Of a DNA stretch of 64,000 nucleotides, positions 9,571-20,450 are shown piece by piece. The translations under genes and the position numbers were made by a program. The notes below the pieces were generated by a model, which saw only the letters and a program-made list of their open reading frames with translations, ran no database searches and had not been told where the DNA came from. Position 1 is the stretch's first letter. The number at the start of each line of letters is the position of its first letter. Source of the stretch: Myxococcota bacterium (GTDB lineage: Bacteria; Myxococcota_A; SURF-8); NCBI GenBank assembly GCA_965140415.1, contig OZ223209.1:3456001-3520000 (forward strand), written 5' to 3'.

Positions 9571-10440
9571 TCACAATCTCTGAATCGCACCGGTTTTGCA
9601 TTTGTCCGTCAGGCAGAGACATTCTACGCAATCCACACAGCGTACGTGATCGATTTTGGGTAATGCATTTTCCATGACGATCGCCTTGTCTGCACAGAAC
9701 TTGGCGCACAAACCACACCCCAGACAGCCGACCTGACATTGTTTTTTTACGGTTCCGGCTTTTTCCTGCGATCGACAGAACACAATGACTTTCGCGTGTT
9801 TCGGCACCAGATCGATCACGTTTCTCGGGCATTCCTGCACGCAACTGCCGCAACCGGTGCAACGCTGCTGATCGATTACCGGCAAGCCGTTAGCTCCCAT
9901 GTGAATTGCATCGAATTTGCAGACTTTCACGCAATTGCCAAATCCCAGACAACCGTATTCACAAGCTTTATAGCCGCCCATCGTCAAATGGGCTGCACGG
10001 CAGTCGGGTAAGCCGTCGTACAGATAACGCTGCATCGCCAATTCCGCACTGCCCCGGCATAAAACCCGCGCTGTGCAAGGCTCGACTTCTTCAGCCACTT
10101 TGCCAGTCAATGACGCCACCGCCTGTGCAACTTCGCTACCTCCCGGCACACATAGATTCGGGGCAACCGATTCATTCTCAACCACGGCTTCGGCATACTT
10201 CCCGCAACCGGGAAAGCCACAGGCACCACACTGCCCTTTCGGCAACAGTTCTTCCACCTCATGAATAAGCGGATTGAGCTTGACGGCGATTCGTTTGTCG
10301 GCAAATGCCAGTAAGAAACCGAAAGTCGCCCCCAATCCAGCCAGAACACCGATCAGAATGAGCGGATTGATGCTTTTAACCGCAGTCGCCGCCGTTCCAA
10401 ATCCGACCAGCAATTCAACAAATACAGAGGGGTTGGTCAT
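9571..10440 (-). CDS. rnfB: Rnf complex subunit B (polyferredoxin)
   Basis: LPKGQCGACGFPGC, CEYGCLGFGNCVKVC and further CxxCxxCxxxC motifs; ATG at 10440 with GGGAGAG RBS. Confidence 0.93.
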   Translation of the reverse strand: MTNPSVFVELLVGFGTAATAVKSINPLILIGVLAGLGATFGFLLAFADKRIAVKLNPLIHEVEELLPKGQCGACGFPGCGKYAEAVVENESVAPNLCVPGGSEVAQAVASLTGKVAEEVEPCTARVLCRGSAELAMQRYLYDGLPDCRAAHLTMGGYKACEYGCLGFGNCVKVCKFDAIHMGANGLPVIDQQRCTGCGSCVQECPRNVIDLVPKHAKVIVFCRSQEKAGTVKKQCQVGCLGCGLCAKFCADKAIVMENALPKIDHVRCVDCVECLCLTDKCKTGAIQRL

Positions 10441-10454
10441 AATGTCTCTCCCGC

Positions 10455-11039
10455 TCAATCCATCGGAACGATACCGGAAAATCCCAGGAAGGATAAGGCC
10501 AACAAGCCCGCCGTGATAAAGGCGATGCCAAGCCCCTTCAAGGATTCCGGCACATCCGCGTAATCCAGTTTCTCGCGAATGGAAGCCATCAAAATCAGCG
10601 CCAGACCGAATCCGGCACCGGCACCGATAGAGTGCACGATGCTTTCAAGAAAGGTAAAATGATTGGCGATGTTCAACAGCGGCACCGCCAGCACAACACA
10701 GTTTGTGGCAATCAGAATCAGGTAGACGCCCCACAACTGATAAAGATTCGGCAGGTAACGACGTGTAATCACTTCCAAAAGCTGCACGACACTGGCCACG
10801 ACCAGTACGAACACCAATGTAGTGAAAAACGACAATCCCAACGGAACGAGAATGAAGTAGAAAATCAGGTAGTTGATAATCCCTACAATGGTCATTACCG
10901 CAGTCAGCGCCACACCCATTCCCGCCGAAGCATCGAAATTCTTGGACACGCCGAAAAAGATACACAGACCGAGAAAGCGGGTTAGAACGAAATTGTTGAT
11001 CAGCACCGCCCCGACAAATAACAGCAGGTATTCCGTCAT
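10455..11039 (-). CDS. rnfA: Rnf complex subunit A
   Basis: NNFVLTRFLGLC and LIATNC motifs; multiple TM segments. Confidence 0.95.
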   Translation of the reverse strand: MTEYLLLFVGAVLINNFVLTRFLGLCIFFGVSKNFDASAGMGVALTAVMTIVGIINYLIFYFILVPLGLSFFTTLVFVLVVASVVQLLEVITRRYLPNLYQLWGVYLILIATNCVVLAVPLLNIANHFTFLESIVHSIGAGAGFGLALILMASIREKLDYADVPESLKGLGIAFITAGLLALSFLGFSGIVPMD

Positions 11040-11042
11040 GAT

Positions 11043-11729
11043 TTATGCCTCCTGCCCGCTAGCTGGTACCGCTTGTTCACCGAGAGTTTCCGGTGCACTT
11101 TCCGATTGATTTCGCTGCTTTCTCGCTTTGCCGATCACATTGAACAAACCGATCAACAGGCCAATCACGATAAACCCACCCGGCGGCAGGATCACCATCA
11201 GAATCGGAACGAAATGTTCCTCCGGAATCACCTGCATCCCGAAAAAGCTTCCGCTCCCCAGAAATTCCCTAATGATTCCAATTAGCAACAACCCCAAGGA
11301 AAATCCCAGCCCCATGCTGAAGCCATCCACGAACGAAGGTATCACTTTGTGCGTGCTGGCAAAAACCTCCGCCCGCGCTAGAATAATGGCGAACACCACA
11401 ACCAGCGCCAGATAGACCCCCAACGCATCGTAAAGATGCGGCAAATAGGCGGACATCACCAGTTGAACGAAGGTGACATTGAATGCAATAATCGAGATGT
11501 AGGCGGGAACGCGGATCTTGTGTGGAATCACATTCCTGAAAAGGGATGTGAAGGTGTTGCTCATCGTCAAGACATACAACACCGAAGCGCCCATCGCCAA
11601 TGACGTAATGGCAGTGCTCGTAACCGCAACAGCAGGGCACAAACTCAATGCCAGCACGAAAATCGGATTTTTCGCGAAAATGCCATCACTTAACAGGTTC
11701 CTAAACGGAGGGGATACTTTATCCGCCAT
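11043..11729 (-). CDS. rnfE: Rnf complex subunit E
   Basis: NPIFVLALSLCPAVAVT, RAEVFA, IREFLG and LPPGGF motifs. Confidence 0.95.
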   Translation of the reverse strand: MADKVSPPFRNLLSDGIFAKNPIFVLALSLCPAVAVTSTAITSLAMGASVLYVLTMSNTFTSLFRNVIPHKIRVPAYISIIAFNVTFVQLVMSAYLPHLYDALGVYLALVVVFAIILARAEVFASTHKVIPSFVDGFSMGLGFSLGLLLIGIIREFLGSGSFFGMQVIPEEHFVPILMVILPPGGFIVIGLLIGLFNVIGKARKQRNQSESAPETLGEQAVPASGQEA

Positions 11730-11732
11730 GGC

Positions 11733-12329
11733 TCAATGCTCCTGTTCACGCTTCGGTTGGGTAGTCTTCCCAACCACTTCTTTAAGCTCTTTCAACCCGT
11801 TAATAAGAGCGTTCATCACCGCTCGCGATGTGATGGTCGCCCCGGTCAACGCTTGGATTTTTCCTTCTTCACCACGCTTGGTGAGCTGCATCTGTCCGCT
11901 GTCCCGACCTCTGAATTGTTTTTTGAACTTCTCTTTCTTCATCAATTCTCCAAGACCGGGAGTCTCATTATGCGACAGCACCTTGTAGTCGATCAGTTTC
12001 AAGGACTTGTCCACACCGGCCAACATGGTGATCGATCCGCCGTAGCCCTTTTCTGCTGTCTTGATGATATAGCCAACCGGTTGGCCTTTGGAATCGATTC
12101 CGACATACCAGGCGTCATGACCTTCGATTTCCGTAAAAGATGCAGCAGCGGGCAGCAATTGCTGCCGAGCAAGCTGCTGAGCTTTGATCTGATTTTCATA
12201 TGCTACCGGCATCGTGAAATACGCTACACCGCCCAAAATCACTCCCGCCATGGTGGTGATTGCGGTAAGAATCAACGTCAGTTTCAAAATGCCGGGATCT
12301 TCTTTATGAATGACAGCCTCCGTACTCAT
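11733..12329 (-). CDS. rnfG: Rnf complex subunit G
   Basis: GYGG, HNETPGLG and FMN-attachment motif LTGATITS. Confidence 0.95.
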   Translation of the reverse strand: MSTEAVIHKEDPGILKLTLILTAITTMAGVILGGVAYFTMPVAYENQIKAQQLARQQLLPAAASFTEIEGHDAWYVGIDSKGQPVGYIIKTAEKGYGGSITMLAGVDKSLKLIDYKVLSHNETPGLGELMKKEKFKKQFRGRDSGQMQLTKRGEEGKIQALTGATITSRAVMNALINGLKELKEVVGKTTQPKREQEH

Positions 12330-13378
12330 GATCGAGCCTTTCCCTGTCCGAAGCGCTTCGGTTTGATCAAGCGGTCAATCAACGGCGTGAAACAGTTCAT
12401 TAAAAGGATGGAATAACACACGCCTTCCGGGTAGCCTCCGTAGCGGCGAATCAGCCAGACCAGAAATCCTGCACCTAAAGCGAAAATGATCTGACCTTTT
12501 CTCGTAATCGGCGTCGTTACGTAATCGGTGATCATGTAAAATGCACCGATAATCAACCCGCCGCTTAAAATCGCGAATATGGGATCGCCGCTAAACCAAC
12601 CGGCGTCACCGGAAAATGCCCAACTGAGCAGCCCGACTGTGCCGATGTAAATCACCGGACCTTCCCAGCTGATGTAGCGCCGAACAAGCAGATAAGCTCC
12701 ACCCAGTATGATTAAAAGAGCCGACACTTCACCGATACAGCCATTGATGTTCCCGGAAAACAGCCTCCAGTATAGCTCTCCACCGCTACCGAAACTCGCC
12801 TGAACGGCTCCATATCCTTCCTCTGCCAGCACACCGAGCGGTGTCGCTGTGGTCATGCCGTCTACGGCATTCGCCGCATGACTGGCGGTGGCGCTCCAGG
12901 TGGTCATCTGCACCGGGAAAGAAGCCAGTAAAAACGCGCGCCCGATGTGCGCCGGATTGAAGACGTTCTGGCCCAACCCACCGAATGTCTGCTTTGCAAC
13001 GGCAACAGCGAAAGCCGATCCAAGCGCCATCATCCAGAAAGGCAGCGTGACGGGAACACAAAACACGAGCAACAAACCGGTTAAAAACGCACTGCCATCG
13101 AATGCCGTCACCGGCACCTTGCGCCATTTCTGGATCAGGTACTCAGTCAACACCGCACTGCCACATCCGACGAGGATCATGACCAGCGCCCGCCAGCCAA
13201 ACATGTAGATGGCCCACAGCGCCACAGGAGCCAGGCTCAAGCAGACGTGCCACATGATTTTCTGAACGGATTCGTCCGAGTGCAAATGCGGAGAGGAAGA
13301 AACCGTCAACCAATCCGGCAACACCAAACCCACTTTTTTTTCGTTCGCCGTTTGAACGTCACTCATTCCATGCACCAC
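12326..13378 (-). CDS. rnfD: Rnf complex subunit D
   Basis: SSSPH, FGGLGQNVFNPA, TTATPL (FMN site) and GGYPEG motifs; start may be ATG 13366. Confidence 0.95.
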   Translation of the reverse strand: MVHGMSDVQTANEKKVGLVLPDWLTVSSSPHLHSDESVQKIMWHVCLSLAPVALWAIYMFGWRALVMILVGCGSAVLTEYLIQKWRKVPVTAFDGSAFLTGLLLVFCVPVTLPFWMMALGSAFAVAVAKQTFGGLGQNVFNPAHIGRAFLLASFPVQMTTWSATASHAANAVDGMTTATPLGVLAEEGYGAVQASFGSGGELYWRLFSGNINGCIGEVSALLIILGGAYLLVRRYISWEGPVIYIGTVGLLSWAFSGDAGWFSGDPIFAILSGGLIIGAFYMITDYVTTPITRKGQIIFALGAGFLVWLIRRYGGYPEGVCYSILLMNCFTPLIDRLIKPKRFGQGKARS

Positions 13379-13409
13379 CCTTATTCAAAATCTTAGCTTA
13401 TCGATGTCT

Positions 13410-14729
13410 TCAGTTTTTGCTCATTCGGTCGCGAATCACAACCTTGGCCGCTCGTATCGTCTGCACCATCGGTCGATGCGCCGGGCACGCAAAGGTACAG
13501 CAGCCACATTCCACGCAATCCAATGCATGGGCATCCTGCGCTGCACCGAAATCCCCTTTCAACGCATATTCCGTTATTTCCGTGGGAGCCAGGCCCATCG
13601 GACAGGCTTCCAGGCAACGCCCGCACCGAATACAAGCCTGCATCGGCACCGGCCGCGCCTGCTCGACACTCATGCAGATCACACCGTTTGTGGCCTTCAC
13701 GACCGGAGAATCAAGCGTATATTGAGCGATACCCATCATGGGGCCGCCCATCACGATTTTCCCTGGCGTTTCACTGAATCCGCCGCAATGCTCGATCAGA
13801 TCTTCAATCCGCGTTCCTAATAAGACACGAAGGTTCTTTGGAGTTTGTACGCAAGATCCCGTAACAGTGACAATCGATTCGATCAATGGCTGGTTGTGCT
13901 GAATCGCATTGGCAACGGCAATCGCCGTAAACGAATTCTGAACGAGCACACCGACTTCCAAAGGAAGTTTTCCTGCTGGCAGGTGGCGATCTAAAATCGC
14001 GTGAATCAGGGATCGTTCCGCCCCCTGCGGGTAACGAGCGGGAAGTTCCGCCACGTCTAAGCCATCTTCGCTTGCCAGTCGCTCTTTCAGTAACTTGATG
14101 ATATCCGGCTTATTGTTTTCAATACCGATCACCGCTTTCTGCGCGCCAACCGCCTTGACGATCAAGCGTATACCAACAATCATTTCTTCATACATTTCGC
14201 GCATGGCAACATGATCGGCAGTCGTATACGGTTCACATTCCGCACCGTTGATCAACACCGTATCGATTGGCTTATCCGGAGGCGGTGATAACTTGACGTG
14301 AGTGGGAAACGTTGCGCCGCCCATACCCACGACTCCGCATTGGCGAACGATTTCCCGGATTTCCGCCGGTTCAACATCATACCAGTCCCGTTCGATCAGC
14401 AAGTCAGGAAGCCAATCGTCCTCGCCATCCACATCCAACACCACAGATAGCCCTCGCCCCAAGATAGAGTGCGGACGCTTTTCAACAGCAACAACCTTAC
14501 CGGAGGTAGGAGCATGAACGGGAACGGACACATATCCTCCCGCTTCCGCTAAAATCTGTCCTTTTTTAACCAGATCGCCTTTGTTTACAACGACATTGGC
14601 CGGTGCTCCCAAATGCTGCTGAATGGATACGATTAGTTGACGGGGCAAAGGAACCGGCTCAATCGCTTTCCGGTCGGTGAAGTGCTTGTAATGAGCAACC
14701 TGCACGCCCCCTCTAAAACGGAACACCAT
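13410..14729 (-). CDS. rnfC: Rnf complex subunit C
   Basis: QHLGAP, GMGGATFPTHVK, NGAECEPY, YPQG, MGGPMMG and two CxxCxxCxxxCP motifs. Confidence 0.96.
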   Translation of the reverse strand: MVFRFRGGVQVAHYKHFTDRKAIEPVPLPRQLIVSIQQHLGAPANVVVNKGDLVKKGQILAEAGGYVSVPVHAPTSGKVVAVEKRPHSILGRGLSVVLDVDGEDDWLPDLLIERDWYDVEPAEIREIVRQCGVVGMGGATFPTHVKLSPPPDKPIDTVLINGAECEPYTTADHVAMREMYEEMIVGIRLIVKAVGAQKAVIGIENNKPDIIKLLKERLASEDGLDVAELPARYPQGAERSLIHAILDRHLPAGKLPLEVGVLVQNSFTAIAVANAIQHNQPLIESIVTVTGSCVQTPKNLRVLLGTRIEDLIEHCGGFSETPGKIVMGGPMMGIAQYTLDSPVVKATNGVICMSVEQARPVPMQACIRCGRCLEACPMGLAPTEITEYALKGDFGAAQDAHALDCVECGCCTFACPAHRPMVQTIRAAKVVIRDRMSKN

Positions 14730-14909
14730 CTGTACACCTCTCGTTCTTAGTGACTCGCGGACAATAAGCCCCTTAGCACATCGTTCGGCATAACTTCACG
14801 GGTACCGGTTCAGAAGAACAAATTACATAGTTATTTAAATTACTATTTACGTCTATTCAGGAAAATTGTACAGCAATATTTCCTATCTGATTACTATATT
14901 GTCATATAT

Positions 14910-16049
14910 TCACGGACTAATGGGTTGATAATAAGCTGTAAACCCCTCCGTCAACACTCGCCGTATGCCACCAGGGCGAGCATCGTCTTTAATGAGAAAC
15001 ATCACTTCAATATCGTTCTTCCGAGCAAATTCAATGCCCTTTTCTGCCCCAAGCACAGCTAGCGCCGTCGCCCAGGCATCCGCTTTCGCATTTGCGTAGC
15101 GGTCTTTCACCGCAATAACAGTTACACCCAACACATCCGTCGAGATCGGCTGACCGGTCTTGGGATCGAAAATGTGATAGTAGGTTTGCTCCCCGATTTG
15201 GATTGGCTGCCGATAGTTTCCACTGGTCGATATCGCAATTTCACGTTCGCTTTGTATGGCACCATCCATCGCCTGCATATCCACGGGGTGCTGCACACCG
15301 ATGCGCCAGCCGACTTCATCGGCATTAAGCCCCCAGATGCGAGTTTCACCACCACACTGCACCAAAGCCTGTGTGATTCCTTCCTTTTTCAAATCGGCAG
15401 TAATCCAGTCGACGGCCAGTCCTTTGACGAACCCGCCGAAATCGAACTGTAATTCATTAACCTGTTTTTTGATTGAAGGGGGCGAATCCGTAAAAGTTAC
15501 CTTTCCCATCCCGACATGCTGCGCCTGCTCCAACAGTTCTTTACCATTAGGAAGGATTCCGGTCTTTTTCGCCTGGTTCCACACTTTCTTAAATGGCCAC
15601 ACGGTTGGATCGAAGGCTCCGCCCGTCTTCTCATACATCTCCGAGGCGAGTTTCAACGCGATCAGCATATCCTGAGAAACGGTCAAAGGCTCCAAACTCG
15701 TTTGTTGATTCAGTTTCCCCAATTCGGAGGAATCGCTGAAAGCATTGAATTCTGCATTTACCCGTTCGAATACGGAAGAAACGACTTCCTTCAGATGTTG
15801 TCCCTGTTGCTCGACGGAGAGTTCGTTCTGCCGGATAGCGAATTTGATATTCACCGGGATGCCATGAAACACGACCAGTTTCTGCTCGAACCATCGAAGA
15901 CGTATTTGTTCATTTTTCGCAGGATTATCGGAATTTTGGGGAGACTCGGAAAAATCACAACCCGGCATAAACAGTGACATGCCGAGCATCAGCAAGCATA
16001 ATGCCAAGGCGAGATGAATCGCTGGAAGAAGCACACGAACATTTCGCAT
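14910..16049 (-). CDS. apbE: FAD:protein FMN transferase (ApbE) lipoprotein
   Basis: GAFDPTV, DFGGFVKG, STSGNY, HIFDPKTG and ADAWATA motifs; lipobox-like MPGC; start uncertain (16049 or 16091). Confidence 0.92.
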   Translation of the reverse strand: MRNVRVLLPAIHLALALCLLMLGMSLFMPGCDFSESPQNSDNPAKNEQIRLRWFEQKLVVFHGIPVNIKFAIRQNELSVEQQGQHLKEVVSSVFERVNAEFNAFSDSSELGKLNQQTSLEPLTVSQDMLIALKLASEMYEKTGGAFDPTVWPFKKVWNQAKKTGILPNGKELLEQAQHVGMGKVTFTDSPPSIKKQVNELQFDFGGFVKGLAVDWITADLKKEGITQALVQCGGETRIWGLNADEVGWRIGVQHPVDMQAMDGAIQSEREIAISTSGNYRQPIQIGEQTYYHIFDPKTGQPISTDVLGVTVIAVKDRYANAKADAWATALAVLGAEKGIEFARKNDIEVMFLIKDDARPGGIRRVLTEGFTAYYQPISP

Positions 16050-16259
16050 TTCGAATTCAACGCTCCCGACAAGTCGAATCAGGACAAACACCCGAATTAT
16101 CTCTCATAATGGCATTGACCGAAGCATTCGGTGTCGCTGCCATTCGGATCAATTCCCGTTACCCATCACGAATAACTTGTTAAATAGCCCCCGGGTTTCG
16201 TTTTATTGGTGAAACCGCCGTATTCTCAATCCGGTCCGATCCTAGCGTTCGGTTGCCGG

Positions 16260-16487
16260 TCAGGCCATCTTGACTTCATCTAGATCAGGAAATTCGCTGC
16301 GTAAAATTCGTTCAACTCCCATTTTCAACGTCATTTGCGCCCCAGGACAGGTGCCACAAGCACCCATAAGACGCACGTAAACGATATCATCCTTCACTTC
16401 AACTACTTCTATGTTCCCTCCGTCCATCATGATTCCCGGACGGATTTTTTCGTTTATTACGCTTTCAACAGCTTCTCTATCCAGCAT
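16260..16487 (-). CDS. NifU/Nfu C-terminal domain Fe-S carrier
   Basis: IRP....DGG and GACGTCP motifs; ATG at 16487 after AAGGAG. Confidence 0.92.
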   Translation of the reverse strand: MLDREAVESVINEKIRPGIMMDGGNIEVVEVKDDIVYVRLMGACGTCPGAQMTLKMGVERILRSEFPDLDEVKMA

Positions 16488-16573
16488 AGCCCACTCCTTG
16501 AAATGGCTTCGTTGTATTGTTAAAAGCTTTCGCTTAAACCAAGCAAAATAAGAATACTTTACTTTCTTAGACA

Positions 16574-16602
16574 AGCCTACACTGAAAACACCCCCCTGTC
16601 AA
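16574..16602 (-). promoter_or_regulatory. Sigma70-type promoter for the nfu gene
   Basis: TTGACA-N17-TAGGCT on the minus strand. Confidence 0.5.
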
Positions 16603-16683
16603 TCTTGTGACTTTCCCCTTTTCAGTGGAATTACTCCTTTTCTGGCTTTCGGAAACTCCATTTTACAGAACCAATGAATTCGC

Positions 16684-17241
16684 TCATTCGGAGAAGTAGT
16701 CCCGCCGGAACAGTTCCATCAAGATATTATCCTTCCATTCGCCATTGATTAACCGATGCTCCCGAAGGCGACCGACCTCGCAAAATCCGAGTTTTTTATA
16801 GGCGGCTTGGGCACGAAGGTTCTGTTCGAACACTTCCAATATCACCTTCCTGAAATTCAACATGTTGAATCCATATTCGAGCCATAGGCGCATGGCTTCC
16901 GTGCCATAGCCCTTGTTCCAAAAGCGTTTTTCACCAATCACGATTCCAACTTCTGCCCGTTGCTGACGATGATCAATCCCATGGTATCCCAGGTTCCCGA
17001 TCAGTTCATCCGAATCCTTCAAGCGAATCGCAACGATCATTTGTTTTTCGAGAGAAGATTGCTGAACGTTCTCGATAAAGTCCCGTTCATGCTGAAGCGT
17101 CATGGGAGCATAAGACAGCATGTACTGAATCACTTCCTGATCGTTGAACCAGCGCTGGTACTGCGCCACATCTTCATCACGCAAGGGACACAGCTTCACT
17201 CGTTTTCCTTCGAGGAACACTACGGTTTCTTCTCCAGTCAT
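16684..17241 (-). CDS. GNAT acetyltransferase, RimJ/RimL family
   Basis: AEVGIVIGEKRFWNKGYGTEA and N.RA..AYKKLGF motifs; start set downstream of the terminator. Confidence 0.9.
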   Translation of the reverse strand: MTGEETVVFLEGKRVKLCPLRDEDVAQYQRWFNDQEVIQYMLSYAPMTLQHERDFIENVQQSSLEKQMIVAIRLKDSDELIGNLGYHGIDHRQQRAEVGIVIGEKRFWNKGYGTEAMRLWLEYGFNMLNFRKVILEVFEQNLRAQAAYKKLGFCEVGRLREHRLINGEWKDNILMELFRRDYFSE

Positions 17242-17257
17242 AGTCTGTCCTATCATT

Positions 17258-17290
17258 AAAAAAAGCGCCCCCACTTAAAAGCGAGGGCGC
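17258..17290 (-). terminator. Intrinsic terminator after the oxidoreductase triad
   Basis: GCGCCCTCGC...GTGGGGGCGC followed by T7 on the minus strand. Confidence 0.8.
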
Positions 17291-17324
17291 TAGAGTTACT
17301 TGAAATTGAAGCGAATCCGCGTCC

Positions 17325-17690
17325 TCAGACCTTTGGCATACTGCGAGAGGCGATTACATCCACGCCTAAATCCAAGGCGTTTTTCATAATTATATCTCCC
17401 ATCGAAACAGGTGCTTCCAATTGAAGGGTATGCAGGGCGTTACAGACATCGACCACCTTGTCTTTCGGAATCGGTTCGCGTGTTTTAACGGGCAGTTTAG
17501 GCAACAATCCGTTTTCGACACGCACCGTTGTGGTCATCATGCGACGCGGGTCTGTATGCTCCTGCTTGGCAAAGTCGATTCCACGTTTACAGGAAAAGCC
17601 TTTCACCTTCAGCGGCTCATCGCCGTCTTCGATCACTTCCAAATGGCAGCCCATCGGGCAACCGATACACAGATAATTGGTTACTTGCAT
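17325..17690 (-). CDS. DUF1667 domain protein (CxxC...C metal-binding)
   Basis: CIGCPMGC, G.SC.RG and P.R..TTTV motifs. Confidence 0.9.
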   Translation of the reverse strand: MQVTNYLCIGCPMGCHLEVIEDGDEPLKVKGFSCKRGIDFAKQEHTDPRRMMTTTVRVENGLLPKLPVKTREPIPKDKVVDVCNALHTLQLEAPVSMGDIIMKNALDLGVDVIASRSMPKV

Positions 17691-17700
17691 AGCAGTCTCC

Positions 17701-18963
17701 CTATCGCGGCAGGATGTCGATTTTCAACGTGTCACCCCGGAAGGTTTCCAGAATCTCCGGCGTCATTTTCAATGAGATCATTTCCGCCGGGAAAGCATAG
17801 CGCATCTTCTTTTCGTGAATGTCACCGACACGAACCACGCATTTGTCCATCGGCTTGCGCACTCGCATATAGACGTTATGCTCCCGATCGGTCGACAGCG
17901 TATGTGGCACGCAGTAACCGACGTTGTCTCCCGGCATCAAGCGGATGTTGTCCGCCGGACGACGTTTGTTCACGGCATACTCACCGGCATTCTGACCTGC
18001 CAATAGCGATTCCTGCGTAACGAAATCCACGAGATCGTGGATATGCACCACGTTGCCACAGGCGAAGATACCGTCGATGGAGGTTTCCATCGCACTCGTC
18101 ACGATCGGTCCGCCGGTGGTCGGGTCCATACGCAGATTCAATTGCCTGGACAATTCGTTTTCAGGAATCAGTCCAATTGAAAGCAGCACGCAGTCACAGT
18201 CGATATCCTGGCTTTCCTTCATATTCGGACGCATGCGCTCATCCACCGGAGCCACCGTGACTTTATTCACACGATCTTTCCCATGAATGTAGGCCACCGT
18301 GGTGGATAACTTCAACGGGATGTCATAATCATTCAAGCATTGCACGACGTTCCGGTTCAAACCGTTGGAATACGGCATGATTTCAAAAACACCGGCCACT
18401 TCGCAACCTTCCAGTGTCAAACGTCTGGCCATGATCAAACCGATATCGCCCGAACCGAGAATGACCGCTCTCTTTCCGGGAAGATAGCCCATCATGTTGA
18501 CGAATTTCTGGGCGAGCCCCGCAGTTAACACGCCAGCCGGGCGTGTTCCCGGAATGCGGATCGCGCCGCGCGTACGTTCGCGGGCGCCCATCGCCAGCAC
18601 AACTGCACCGGCTTTGATCACCCGAACGCCATACTGCGGCGAAATCAATTTTACATTCAGATCCCGGTCGATATCCAACACATAGGTATCATTGACAATA
18701 TCGACATTGTCTTCCAGAATTCGGTTTAAGAAACGTTCCGCATATTCGGGACCGGTCAGTTCTTCTTTAAAGAAGTGCAGTCCGAATCCGGGATGGATAC
18801 ACTGAAGCAGAATACCACCCGGCTCTTTTTCACGATCCACGATCAGGATTCGTTCCGCTCCGGCCTGGCGAGCCCCCATCGCCGCGCCCATACCGGCAGG
18901 ACCACCGCCCACGACCAGCACATCGTAGGAGTCTTCTATTTGTACAAGTTTCGCGTCGATCAT
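17701..18963 (-). CDS. FAD/NAD(P)-dependent oxidoreductase (pyridine nucleotide-disulfide type)
   Basis: [35 protein letters not shown] and [12 protein letters not shown] motifs; ATGA overlap with upstream gene. Confidence 0.92.
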   Translation of the reverse strand: MIDAKLVQIEDSYDVLVVGGGPAGMGAAMGARQAGAERILIVDREKEPGGILLQCIHPGFGLHFFKEELTGPEYAERFLNRILEDNVDIVNDTYVLDIDRDLNVKLISPQYGVRVIKAGAVVLAMGARERTRGAIRIPGTRPAGVLTAGLAQKFVNMMGYLPGKRAVILGSGDIGLIMARRLTLEGCEVAGVFEIMPYSNGLNRNVVQCLNDYDIPLKLSTTVAYIHGKDRVNKVTVAPVDERMRPNMKESQDIDCDCVLLSIGLIPENELSRQLNLRMDPTTGGPIVTSAMETSIDGIFACGNVVHIHDLVDFVTQESLLAGQNAGEYAVNKRRPADNIRLMPGDNVGYCVPHTLSTDREHNVYMRVRKPMDKCVVRVGDIHEKKMRYAFPAEMISLKMTPEILETFRGDTLKIDILPR

Positions 18964-20402
18964 GATGCCTGCTCCTTTCCCTGCTTGAGAACGATCCAAC
19001 TTGTTCCACCACGTTTCGTGATGTCCTCAATCGGGACCGATAACTCTCGCGAAAGGAGTTCCATGCAACGCCAGGTACAGAATCCGCCCTGGCAACGTCC
19101 CATTCCTGCACGGGTACGGAACTTGATGCCGTCCAAAGTTCGAGCCCCTGAATGGATCGCGTCCAGAATTTCCCGCTCGGTAATGCCTTCACAGCGGCAG
19201 ACCATACGACCGTAGCTTGGATCCTGAGCGATCAATTCTTCCTGCCGTTCGGTTGGCAACTGCGAGAAATGCACCGGTTTGGGGATGGAAGAGACGAAAT
19301 CGTCTTTCGCAACAAATTCCAAGCCTTCTTCGGTCAGAATCTCCACCAGCATCTTTGCGATTGCCGGAGCAGCGGTCAAACCGGGGGATTGGATGCCGGC
19401 AACATTAATGAAGCCCTTTAACGGTGTAGAACCGATAATGAAATCCTCGGTATTGGAAACCGCACGCATTCCTGCGAATTCCGCGATGCAATCGCGCTCG
19501 GAAATACCGGGCACCACTTTCTTGACCGAACCGAACACCTCGTCGGAACCTTCCAACGAAGTGGATACGTCCCCCTTGTCATCGACGAAATGGGCGGTCG
19601 GTCCGACCATGATCGTTCCGTCGAAGGTCGGAATGACGAGAATACCTTTCGATGTCGGAGTCGGACAGGGGAAAATCACACGACTCACCAAGCCATCCAA
19701 GCGCTTGTCCAGCAGGTATTCCTCGCCTTTTCGCGCCGTGATCGTAAAATCGCGCACACCGGCCATCTCGGATATCTGATCCGCATAGACTCCCGCCGCA
19801 TTGAGTACGAAGCGGGTGCGAATCAACTTCTTCTTCGTTTTTACCCACAATGCTTTGCCATCGGAAGTTTCCGAAATGCCAAGCACCGGATTCTCCACCG
19901 AAATTTCCAACCCGTTCATGCGGGCGCTTTCGATCAGCGCGAAACAGGCTTCATAGGGATTGATAACTCCCGTCGTCGGTGCATACACTGCGGCATATGC
20001 ATCTCCAGAGAGATTGGGTTCTTCTTTGCGAATCCGCTCCTTATCCCACAATTCAAGACCAGGTACGCCTTTGGCTTTGCCGTTTTTCAACAGCTTTTCC
20101 AAGGTCGGCATCTGCTCTTCGCTCATGGCGACAGTCAGTTCGCCGATGCGCTTGAAACCAAAACCGAGCTCGTCGCGCAAATCGTCCCAGAGTTGATTAC
20201 CAGCCCATTCCAACTTGCCTTTAAGCATTTCCGGCGAAGCATGATGTCCGCCATGGATAATGCCGCTGTTGGTTTTGCTGGTGCCGAAGCTGACTTCGCA
20301 TTCCTTTTCGACCAGGATGACCCGCAGTTGATATTTCATCAACTCACGAGCAATGGCGCAGCCGGTAATGCCCCCGCCCACAATCGTTACGTCATAGAGC
20401 AT
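18960..20402 (-). CDS. GlpA/LhgO-like FAD-dependent dehydrogenase with C-terminal BFD-like [2Fe-2S] domain
   Basis: [35 protein letters not shown] and GRCQGGFC motifs. Confidence 0.9.
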   Translation of the reverse strand: MLYDVTIVGGGITGCAIARELMKYQLRVILVEKECEVSFGTSKTNSGIIHGGHHASPEMLKGKLEWAGNQLWDDLRDELGFGFKRIGELTVAMSEEQMPTLEKLLKNGKAKGVPGLELWDKERIRKEEPNLSGDAYAAVYAPTTGVINPYEACFALIESARMNGLEISVENPVLGISETSDGKALWVKTKKKLIRTRFVLNAAGVYADQISEMAGVRDFTITARKGEEYLLDKRLDGLVSRVIFPCPTPTSKGILVIPTFDGTIMVGPTAHFVDDKGDVSTSLEGSDEVFGSVKKVVPGISERDCIAEFAGMRAVSNTEDFIIGSTPLKGFINVAGIQSPGLTAAPAIAKMLVEILTEEGLEFVAKDDFVSSIPKPVHFSQLPTERQEELIAQDPSYGRMVCRCEGITEREILDAIHSGARTLDGIKFRTRAGMGRCQGGFCTWRCMELLSRELSVPIEDITKRGGTSWIVLKQGKEQAS

Positions 20403-20450
20403 TCTTTAGAACCTTTCCGAATCCAGTTGAACTGCCAGTGAATAGAACTA

